Below, in pieces: positions 7,180 through 13,740 of a DNA stretch of 64,000 bases. Origin of the DNA: a virus (lineage: Duplodnaviria; Caudoviricetes); the IMG/VR virus record IMGVR_UViG_3300037067_001739, positions 32,001-96,000 of that record, one strand, 5' to 3'. The position numbers and the translations under genes are program-made. The notes under the pieces were generated by a model. The model searched no databases. It was not told where the DNA came from and was given only the letters and a program-made list of their open reading frames with translations. How positions within the stretch are numbered: the stretch's first letter is position 1; each line of letters opens with the position of its first letter.

Positions 7180-7245
7180 TGCAACATAGGCAGACATACC
7201 TCTCTTAAAAAGAGGTTTTTGGAAGTTCGAATCTTCTTGCTCGCA
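7170..7245 (+). tRNA. tRNA-Leu(TAA), short variable loop, no CCA
   Basis: CCTCT-CTTAAAA-AGAGG. Confidence 0.88.
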
Positions 7246-7267
7246 CAATTATAGCCATAGAAAAGGC

Positions 7268-7296
7268 TTGACATTAGGTTAGGCTCATGCTATAAT
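7268..7296 (+). promoter_or_regulatory. sigma70-type promoter
   Basis: TTGACA-17 bp (GGCTCATGC)-TATAAT. Confidence 0.85.
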
Positions 7297-7333
7297 AGGT
7301 ATAGTTAGAAACTATAGAAGGAAAGGAAAGGAC

Positions 7334-7708
7334 ATGACTGCTAAAAAATTCGGACTTGAGGAACTTGGGAAGTATGAAGCTGAGGTCGGGTTTAAGAAGA
7401 GTGATGTACGCACGATTAAAGGGGTCTGCGCTATTGTAGACCTTCCGATGACAGTCGTACCAGAAGCAAAGGAAATCATTTCTACGCTGAATGGTAACGT
7501 TGTTGCGGCACAGGGTAAGATTGCGGAAATCGAGACTGCTGAAGCAAAAGCGGAGCAAGTCCTGAAGGAGAGCATCGCAAAGATGAAGTCCGACAGAGAG
7601 ACTGCTAAAGCAACCAATAAGCTTGAAATCAACACGCAGAAGAAAGTACAAGGTAGCTTCAATAGCGAAGTAGCACGCTTGGAAAAACTTCTAAAGAATT
7701 TTTCCTAA
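7334..7708 (+). CDS. coiled-coil hypothetical protein
   Basis: SD AAGGA, own promoter, E/K/A-rich helical C-terminal half. Confidence 0.75.
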   Translation: MTAKKFGLEELGKYEAEVGFKKSDVRTIKGVCAIVDLPMTVVPEAKEIISTLNGNVVAAQGKIAEIETAEAKAEQVLKESIAKMKSDRETAKATNKLEINTQKKVQGSFNSEVARLEKLLKNFS

Positions 7709-7714
7709 CATCGG

Positions 7715-7874
7715 CTGAGTACGGTGGATTTGCCTAACTAGCCCTTGGGAGTATCCTTGAGGCTAAAGGGATAACTAGGCAGAAGGGGGAAAATCTAACC
7801 AGTTTGAGTGAACTGTGACCATCCCTTAGTGGCATGGTATCCGCTGTGGAAGGTAGACAGTCAACTGTACTCAG
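7715..7874 (+). ncRNA. unclassified structured RNA candidate (160 nt)
   Basis: terminal helix CTGAGTACGGT/ACTGTACTCAG, inner TAGCC/GGCTA and AAGGGAT/ATCCCTT. Confidence 0.55.
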
Positions 7875-7878
7875 AAAT

Positions 7879-7951
7879 GCCGAGGTAGCTCCAACGGTAG
7901 AGCGACAGATTGAAACTCTGTGCGTTAGAAGTTCAAATCTTCTTCTCGGCA
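7879..7951 (+). tRNA. tRNA-Phe(GAA), no full CCA
   Basis: ACAGA-TTGAAAC-TCTGT. Confidence 0.93.
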
Positions 7952-7952
7952 C

Positions 7953-8306
7953 ATGGAATGTAAACTCTGTGGAAGAGTATTAAAAGGTAGTAGAAGAAAA
8001 CGCTGTAATTCTTGTAACACTAAGATAAGAAGATACAGAGCAAAGAAAGCCGCCGTTGCTTACTTGGGTAGTAAATGTAACAGGTGCGGTTGGTGTGGTA
8101 ATATTGCGGGATTTGACTTTCATCACAGAGGTGATAAAGATTTTAATATCGGTAATGTAGCTAATAAGAGTTGGGAAATTATAAAACAAGAATTGGATAA
8201 GTGTGAGTTATTGTGTGCTAATTGCCATAGGATAGAACACTCAGACAATTCTTCTGAAGCATTTCTAATTGAGGTAAACAACTATAAAGGTAAACTATTA
8301 GTATAA
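7953..8306 (+). CDS. HNH-type endonuclease
   Basis: CNRCGW..FDFHH..CELLCANCHRIEH. Confidence 0.8.
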   Translation: MECKLCGRVLKGSRRKRCNSCNTKIRRYRAKKAAVAYLGSKCNRCGWCGNIAGFDFHHRGDKDFNIGNVANKSWEIIKQELDKCELLCANCHRIEHSDNSSEAFLIEVNNYKGKLLV

Positions 8307-8307
8307 T

Positions 8308-8396
8308 GGGTTAGCGGCAAAGTTGGAGAGTTGCCCTCGTCTGTAAAACGAGTGTCCTTAGCGGCTGAGTAGGTTCGACTCCTATCTAACCCACCA
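8308..8396 (+). tRNA. tRNA-Tyr(GTA)
   Basis: CTCGT-CTGTAAA-ACGAG, long variable arm, CCA. Confidence 0.95.
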
Positions 8397-8527
8397 TGAA
8401 ATGTAGCTGTGGTGAAGAAGCAAAATATGTAAAGAAACCGCTAATCGGCAAGAAGCAGTATCTATGTATTTATTGTGTGGTTGCTTCTTTGAATGGTTGT
8501 GCTTTAATAGAGCCAATAGATGATTGA
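8396..8527 (+). CDS. small zinc-finger-like protein (43 aa)
   Basis: ATG overlaps tRNA CCA; MKCSCG..LCIYC. Confidence 0.5.
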   Translation: MKCSCGEEAKYVKKPLIGKKQYLCIYCVVASLNGCALIEPIDD

Positions 8528-8795
8528 TAAACTAATACAACCGAAGCGACTATATTGTACCGTTTGTGACGTATTATTATTGCCAGACTTCAATTTGAGT
8601 TGTCCAGTGTGCGGCACAACATTGACTACTTGTTGGTGGGCTTTGTTGAATAGAAAAACCAAGGTCAAAGAGCATTGTAAGGATTGTCAGAATAGATTCT
8701 GGTGTTGGACACATAAAGCGGGTGACGAAAAGCGACTCCCGACAGTCACACAGGCACAGATAGTCCAGAATGCTAAATTTGGTGAAAAACAATGA
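8520..8795 (+). CDS. zinc ribbon + Cys-motif protein
   Basis: CTVC..CPVC, CKDCQNRFWCWT. Confidence 0.75.
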   Translation: MIDKLIQPKRLYCTVCDVLLLPDFNLSCPVCGTTLTTCWWALLNRKTKVKEHCKDCQNRFWCWTHKAGDEKRLPTVTQAQIVQNAKFGEKQ

Positions 8796-8965
8796 GCGAA
8801 GAAACAGTAGGCATGAAGAAAGTGAACGGAGAATGGATTAAGATTGTCCGTGTGTTTTGCCCCAAGTGTGGAAAAGAAAGACTAGAGATAACTGCCGATG
8901 GTAAATATAAATGTGTAGCTTGTGGTACTGAATTTACTAAAGGTAGAGAAAGACTAGAAAACTAA
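8792..8965 (+). CDS. small zinc-ribbon protein (57 aa)
   Basis: ATGA overlap; CPKCG..YKCVACG. Confidence 0.6.
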   Translation: MSEETVGMKKVNGEWIKIVRVFCPKCGKERLEITADGKYKCVACGTEFTKGRERLEN

Positions 8966-8967
8966 TT

Positions 8968-9041
8968 GGGGGCTTAGTTCAGTGGGAGAACAATTCCCCT
9001 GCAAGGAATAAAGACGAGTTCGAGTCTCGTAGCCTCCACCA
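8968..9041 (+). tRNA. tRNA-Ala(TGC)
   Basis: G3:U70, loop CCTGCAA, ACCA. Confidence 0.92.
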
Positions 9042-9081
9042 AGTGACAGAGTTCAGAGGTTTCTGAGTGATGCACAATTTT

Positions 9082-9154
9082 ACGGGAATAGCTCAGTGCA
9101 GAGCGTCAGATAGTGCTTCTGAAGGCAGTGGTTGAACTCCACTTTCCCGTACCA
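9082..9154 (+). tRNA. atypical tRNA (loop TAGTGCT, nominal anticodon GTG)
   Basis: all four stems intact plus ACCA, but A33 and T loop TTGAACT. Confidence 0.55.
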
Positions 9155-9226
9155 TGAAGAACGAGGCGTCATTACACGCCTACAAGTCACTTATACTTCC
9201 ACAGTCACCTTCGGGTGCTGTGCGGT

Positions 9227-9304
9227 GCAGTAAAGACGGTGGAATTCCGTATAGTAGACAAGCGCATCTACTGTGAGTTAGAGCTTCACATTCTCACATA
9301 CTGC
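9227..9304 (+). ncRNA. four-way-junction RNA candidate
   Basis: GCAGTA/TACTGC closing ACGG/CCGT, AGTAGA/TCTACT and GTGAG/CTCAC. Confidence 0.4.
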
Positions 9305-9309
9305 GTCAT

Positions 9310-9385
9310 CGGAGTGTAGCTCAGTTGGTTCTAGAGCACATCGTTTGGGGCGATGGGGTCGGTGGTTCAAGTCCACTCACTCCGA
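9310..9385 (+). tRNA. tRNA-Pro(TGG), no CCA
   Basis: CATCG-TTTGGGG-CGATG. Confidence 0.95.
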
Positions 9386-9387
9386 CA

Positions 9388-9472
9388 GGGTTGAGCGTGG
9401 TAAGTAGGAAAGCCCGAATAAGAGACCGAAAGGTTTCGGAATGCTGAAAACGGCATTCAACCATAGCAACCC
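9388..9472 (+). ncRNA. unclassified structured RNA candidate
   Basis: GGGTTG/CAACCC closing a GAAA-tetraloop hairpin and GAATGCTG/CGGCATTC. Confidence 0.45.
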
Positions 9473-9478
9473 ACTTCT

Positions 9479-9536
9479 TGGGCTGTACCTATGGTTAGGT
9501 GATGCGCATAACGGGTTCGAATCCCGTACAGTCCAC
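9479..9536 (+). ncRNA. anticodon-less mini tRNA-like RNA
   Basis: TGGGCTGT/ACAGTCCA stem, ACCT/AGGT D-like arm, ACGGG-TTCGAAT-CCCGT; only 10 nt where the anticodon arm should be. Confidence 0.6.
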
Positions 9537-9669
9537 ACACTTAGTAGGCTTTGGGGAAAAGTGTTGCGAAGATTGATGTATAGATAGAAGATATTTTTCT
9601 GTCTGAGTCTTCAATCGAATGTATTACGATTTTTAAGGGATAATACCCAAAGATATTACTCCCTTATTT

Positions 9670-9746
9670 CAGGGTGTATTGTCAATTGGTAGACGGCGTG
9701 CTTTGGAGGCATGAGGTTACGAGTTCGACTCTCGTCACCCTGACCA
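9670..9746 (+). tRNA. tRNA-Pro(TGG), second divergent copy
   Basis: CGTGC-TTTGGAG-GCATG, CCA. Confidence 0.9.
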
Positions 9747-9970
9747 TGAAATATTACTGCTTTGAATGCCAGACGGTATTCGCACATGGCAGTGAAACTA
9801 GGGTTGTTGGGTCTGGTGTCCAGACACGACACTATTGTCCCACTTGCGGCGCACTTGTTCGTAGTTGCGTAAACATCATACGAAGCATTGGTAAATTTCC
9901 ACCAGAATTTGATGCGGCAGATTGCGATAAGTGTCACTGGAGATTTAGGTGTTTCACTGGTGGATGGTAA
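9746..9970 (+). CDS. zinc ribbon + Cys-motif protein
   Basis: ATG overlaps CCA; CFEC..CPTC; C-terminal CDKCHWRFRCFT. Confidence 0.75.
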   Translation: MKYYCFECQTVFAHGSETRVVGSGVQTRHYCPTCGALVRSCVNIIRSIGKFPPEFDAADCDKCHWRFRCFTGGW

Positions 9971-10402
9971 ATTTGAGTATTGGGGGTTAACATGATTATT
10001 ATATGGGAACAGAATGACGCTGAAAAAATTACTCCTGGCGTAGTGCTCGGATTTGTTGAAACTGATGAAGAATTTAAGATAGCCGCTCTAGAGCTTATGA
10101 GTCAGGGCAAAAAGATACTAGCTGGTGACGTGACTCCTATTACTATAAAATACGTTCCCGCAGACGTAACGCTAGATAGACTTATAACGAAGGTTTAATA
10201 TGGAACGTTACGAGAGGCGTGAAAAGAAGCTTGAGTCCAAACGTAATAAGATGAAGAAACATGGCAGAAACATCGGAATCATTTACAAAAACGCTCTTGA
10301 CAAAAGAGCCACTAATTAGAAAAGCTTATCGTAGCCTTAATAAAAAGTACAAGATTATAAAGCGTGAAATTAGAGAACGTATTAAACATGACCACGCTAC
10401 AT

Positions 10403-10475
10403 GCCGCTGAAGCTCATCAGGATGAGCGATGGTTTTGTAAACCATAGGCAACGGGTTCGAATCCTGTCAGCGGCT
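10403..10475 (+). tRNA. tRNA-Thr(TGT), no CCA
   Basis: ATGGT-TTTGTAA-ACCAT. Confidence 0.92.
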
Positions 10476-10489
10476 CGTAAGGGGGATAA

Positions 10490-10693
10490 ATGGAAGAAGA
10501 TTACATGAATGTCTGCTGTCCTTTCCTTGACATAGCTGATTGTGAAGACACTGATGAGCATGGTCACCTTTATTGTACAACAAATGGTGACTTTATGAAT
10601 TTTGGTATGACACACAAGTATTGCGTTTCGGAAGATTGGGAGAAGTGTCCTCATTTCATGGCTTACCCCATTCAAATCCCCTTTACAGAATAG
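10490..10693 (+). CDS. small Cys-rich protein
   Basis: SD AAGGGGG; CCPF..YC..YC..KCPHF. Confidence 0.6.
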   Translation: MEEDYMNVCCPFLDIADCEDTDEHGHLYCTTNGDFMNFGMTHKYCVSEDWEKCPHFMAYPIQIPFTE

Positions 10694-10765
10694 CCACCAA
10701 AGCTTATGAGGATAAGCAGTTGTTTCGTAAACAACAGATAGTGAGTTCGAATCTCGCTGGTGGCT
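10693..10765 (+). tRNA. tRNA-Thr(CGT), no full CCA
   Basis: GTTGT-TTCGTAA-ACAAC. Confidence 0.9.
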
Positions 10766-10766
10766 C

Positions 10767-11234
10767 ATGAATAAAGGTTGGGTTGAACCAGAGAAGTATA
10801 ACGAAATTTGTAAACTGATTCCTATTGTTGCCGTAGATGTTGCGGTATTTCATGGCGACAGGTTGCTCTTACTAAAGAGACAGATGCCACCGATACAAGA
10901 TACTTGGTGTCTTCCAGGTGGCGGAATTAGGTTAGGTGAGAATCCGTACATGACGGCTTCACGTGAGCTTGAAGAAGAGACTGGCATCAAAACTCTTAAT
11001 TTCGTTCAGGTTGGCAGTGCAGTCACGTACCTATTTGACTTCAAACAGAATGTCGGACTTGGTATGATAACCAAGGTGGATAACCCAACTGAAGTTATCA
11101 TGGATGGTGAGCACAGTGATTATGGTTGGTTCAATATTTTCGACCTTCCAGAACCGATAGACGAGCAGATGATGGCTCAAATCAAGAGTTGTATTTGCGC
11201 ATATCATGAAAAAGGGTGGATGTTGGATGCTTGA
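10767..11234 (+). CDS. NUDIX hydrolase (GDP-mannose hydrolase-like N-terminus)
   Basis: PGGGIRLGENPYMTASRELEEETGI Nudix box. Confidence 0.9.
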   Translation: MNKGWVEPEKYNEICKLIPIVAVDVAVFHGDRLLLLKRQMPPIQDTWCLPGGGIRLGENPYMTASRELEEETGIKTLNFVQVGSAVTYLFDFKQNVGLGMITKVDNPTEVIMDGEHSDYGWFNIFDLPEPIDEQMMAQIKSCICAYHEKGWMLDA

Positions 11235-11459
11235 ATTTGTCGTGCTAGGCGTTAGTTTGAGTCTAGTTGAGATTCTGATACATATAGTAATTGACTTATG
11301 TATTTGCATTCCTATCTGTATGCACTTCTGTAAAAGAGCTTGCAGAGCAGATGCTAAAAAACATAGACACGAAAATTAACACAAGTTTAACGTGACTGTA
11401 ATCTGATTGTAATACGACTGTGCTATAATGTAACTGAGAGTATATTCTCAGGAGGCATT

Positions 11460-11549
11460 ATGGAAGTTGTATTAGCTGTAGTAGCTTTTATCGTTTTGTT
11501 TGGTGCTTGGGTAATTGTTCCTACCATCATAAAAAAGCGGAAGAAGTAA
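11460..11549 (+). CDS. 29-aa single-TM membrane peptide
   Basis: SD GGAGG; MEVVLAVVAFIVLFGAWVIVPTIIKKRKK. Confidence 0.65.
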   Translation: MEVVLAVVAFIVLFGAWVIVPTIIKKRKK

Positions 11550-11550
11550 T

Positions 11551-11636
11551 GGAGAGTTGGCAGAGCGGCTTATTGCGGTTGTCTAGAAAACAATTGAGCG
11601 AAAGCTCCAGAGGTTCAAATCCTCTACTCTCCGCCA
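11551..11636 (+). tRNA. tRNA-Ser(AGA)
   Basis: loop CTAGAAA, long variable arm, GCCA. Confidence 0.92.
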
Positions 11637-11729
11637 TAGTAGAGTTGCCTCAGTGATAAGGGCGAAGTCTGGAGACACGGTTTGTCATGTTGGTTCGAGT
11701 CCAACTCAGATGGTATCATAACTCTACTA
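11637..11729 (+). ncRNA. tRNA-like RNA with 10-bp closing stem
   Basis: TAGTAGAGTT/AACTCTACTA, GCCT/GGGC D-like arm, GTTGG-TTCGAGT-CCAAC. Confidence 0.5.
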
Positions 11730-11732
11730 CTT

Positions 11733-11819
11733 GGAAGGTTGGCTGAGTGGGTTAAAGCGGGCGTCTTGAAAACGTCAGGGTCAACAGCCCCGTGAGTTCG
11801 AATCTCACACCTTCCGCCA
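11733..11819 (+). tRNA. tRNA-Ser(TGA)
   Basis: loop CTTGAAA, long variable arm, GCCA. Confidence 0.95.
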
Positions 11820-11923
11820 CACCAGCACTTTTCGTAAGCAAGAGGCAGGGTAGTAAGCGAAAGCTGAAATCCCTGATGCTGGTGTATAAAGGTATGGTAT
11901 GGTTCAGATAGAGAGGTTGAATC

Positions 11924-12514
11924 ATGTCATACGAAGTTAGCAGAGACGAGATAAAAGAAGGCACGAATGTAGCGTTCCCACAGGATGGTTGCATTAGTCC
12001 ATTTTTGAGCACTATCCTCAGTTGGTTTGAGCCAGATTGGAAGAACGTAAATCCAAAGTTCTGGCACGTTGGTTTCATCGTTCACAAAGATACGATTGAG
12101 TCAGCTATAAAGAGAAACTACTTGGTTGAGGACTTTGTAGCACCTGACCCAAATGACGATGAATGGTGGGTATGTGAATCTATAACTAATGGTGTTTCAT
12201 TAACCCCTCTAAGCAAGTACGATGACACAGAGTTGAGGTTCTTTAATATCATACAGAATCAACCAACCAGAAGTAAAGTAGCGGATTATCTAGCATTCTT
12301 TGTTGGTAGACCATATGATGGTTTGGTCTATGTGTGGACGGTAGCCGCTGAGTTGCTAGAAAAAGTACGCATTCATTTAGGTAATTGGAATAACCTTTCC
12401 TTTACATGTTGGGAGAACCTAGAAGCATTCATGGACTTTATTGGTGAAGGAATGGTTAAAGATTACGACCACATTATGTGTACTGATTTCGCAAGAGCTT
12501 GGGGACTCGTTTAA
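11924..12514 (+). CDS. permuted papain-like (NlpC/P60 YiiX-like) protein
   Basis: FWHVGFI..GRPYD..FTCWE order (His before Cys). Confidence 0.55.
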   Translation: MSYEVSRDEIKEGTNVAFPQDGCISPFLSTILSWFEPDWKNVNPKFWHVGFIVHKDTIESAIKRNYLVEDFVAPDPNDDEWWVCESITNGVSLTPLSKYDDTELRFFNIIQNQPTRSKVADYLAFFVGRPYDGLVYVWTVAAELLEKVRIHLGNWNNLSFTCWENLEAFMDFIGEGMVKDYDHIMCTDFARAWGLV

Positions 12515-12524
12515 TCCCCACCAT

Positions 12525-12599
12525 TGCCGAGTCGTCTAAAGGTAGGACGGTGGTCTTTGAAGCCATCTACGAGAGGTTCGAGTCCTCCCTCGGCAGCCA
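12525..12599 (+). tRNA. tRNA-Gln(TTG)
   Basis: loop CTTTGAA, GCCA. Confidence 0.93.
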
Positions 12600-12613
12600 A
12601 TTTTGGCAATAGT

Positions 12614-12648
12614 AAACCCCACCTGTTAATTCAGATGGGGTTTCTTTG
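12614..12648 (+). terminator. intrinsic terminator ending the tRNA array
   Basis: AAACCCCACCTG/CAGATGGGGTTT hairpin plus T-rich tail at the convergent strand switch. Confidence 0.7.
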
Positions 12649-12734
12649 TGCCTAAAATTTGCGTCTTGGTTTCTTTAGACTAATTAAAAAAGCCAGAACT
12701 AGCACCGAAATTAACCAAATCCAAAACACTCACT

Positions 12735-13070
12735 TTACTCCTCCACGCAATACTTAGGTAACTTGGTCTTCTTGTTCTTGATACGTATGACTTCATCAAT
12801 CTCAGCATATATCTTGTCTACGTTTACAATCTTTTTTGGCATGTACTCGTCACAGGCAGTAGAAAATTTGTGGACAATTTGTCTGGTCTTTTCGCAATAA
12901 CCGACAGGACGTGCTGTAGTTGTGTAACCTTTCGCCCTAGTTCCGAATTCGACTTCCTTACAATTGCCACAAGTATTTGTTATTTTCCAGTTTACCTTCA
13001 CCCTCTTAGGTCTTTCAACATTAGCCAGGGTAAAACATACAAATCTATATTCACATTCTTCACATTTCAT
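12735..13070 (-). CDS. Cys-motif protein
   Basis: N-terminal CEECEYRFVCFT. Confidence 0.75.
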   Translation of the reverse strand: MKCEECEYRFVCFTLANVERPKRVKVNWKITNTCGNCKEVEFGTRAKGYTTTARPVGYCEKTRQIVHKFSTACDEYMPKKIVNVDKIYAEIDEVIRIKNKKTKLPKYCVEE

Positions 13071-13399
13071 GTCAACAAATCTAATTCAATATCATCTTCC
13101 CACTCAAAGCAAGCTGGATAGTCCTCTTTGTGTGGGCAGGTTTCTAATAGTTCCCCTTCAACATAGTGCTTACAGTGAGAACACATTACGTCTGGTGTTG
13201 CCTCGTGCCACACTGTTCTTATATCTGATTCACACACCTCACAGATAGCGCACATGATGTCGTAGTCGTTGGGGAAGCTGACATCCAATTCGGCTGTTTC
13301 GCCAAATTCTATAGAAGTGCTGGCGTACTGTAGTTCTACGTCAACTCTAAACTTCTCTGTGTTCCCGCACTTCGGGCAAATCAACCTTTTTGTTTTCAT
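13067..13399 (-). CDS. zinc-ribbon hypothetical protein
   Basis: CPKCGN..CEVC..CSHC. Confidence 0.65.
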   Translation of the reverse strand: MKTKRLICPKCGNTEKFRVDVELQYASTSIEFGETAELDVSFPNDYDIMCAICEVCESDIRTVWHEATPDVMCSHCKHYVEGELLETCPHKEDYPACFEWEDDIELDLLT

Positions 13400-13494
13400 G
13401 CTTTCCCTTTTTTGTTATCCTCGGTGCGTTCCGCTTTATCTTTTCTATCTGCTCTGGTGTTAATACAGGTTGTGGTTGAGGTACAGGAGCAGGT

Positions 13495-13740
13495 TTATTT
13501 AATGGTTGAGGTTTTATCCTCTGGGGGACTGCATCTTTCTTTCTCATCAACTTCCTCTTTTACTACACCGTAATAACGTTTAGCCCATGCTTGCTCTGTT
13601 GTCATAGCACGTTTGACCTCATCAAAGGAAGTCGCTTTCTTTATACTGTTCCTCAGTTCGAGTAACCTGTCTAAAGAAGAATCAACGTATCCCTTGATGA
13701 AGTCGTTCTTGAACTGCTCTAACGCCTTATCGTCTGCCAT
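13495..13740 (-). CDS. hypothetical protein
   Basis: ORF coupled to the CCA enzyme gene. Confidence 0.55.
   Translation of the reverse strand: MADDKALEQFKNDFIKGYVDSSLDRLLELRNSIKKATSFDEVKRAMTTEQAWAKRYYGVVKEEVDEKERCSPPEDKTSTIK

Noticed and set aside
573-9970. ORF-track N-terminal extensions running through tRNAs (573, 1238, 2923, 3402, 4846, 6449, 9674)
   Set aside because: These extensions are translated tRNA sequence. Protein-like sequence begins only at the ATG after the tRNA.
4400-11549. Host assignment to Chloroflexota (RNase P lacking P13/P14, small membrane peptide)
   Set aside because: Suggestive only, because several lineages lack P13/P14. It needs phylogeny or spacer matches.
852-12078. 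Minus-strand ORFs over the tRNA array
   Set aside because: They are antisense shadows of tRNAs and genes (e.g. RGFEP/DSN-type peptides).
12501-12523. GGGGA/TCCCC microhelix ending in ACCA before tRNA-Gln
   Set aside because: It is only 5 bp and overlaps a coding end, so it cannot be told from chance.
1-12600. Complete tmRNA or group I intron in the array
   Set aside because: There is no ~350-nt unit with Ala acceptor ends plus a tag ORF, and I could not recognise group I core elements around the endonuclease genes.
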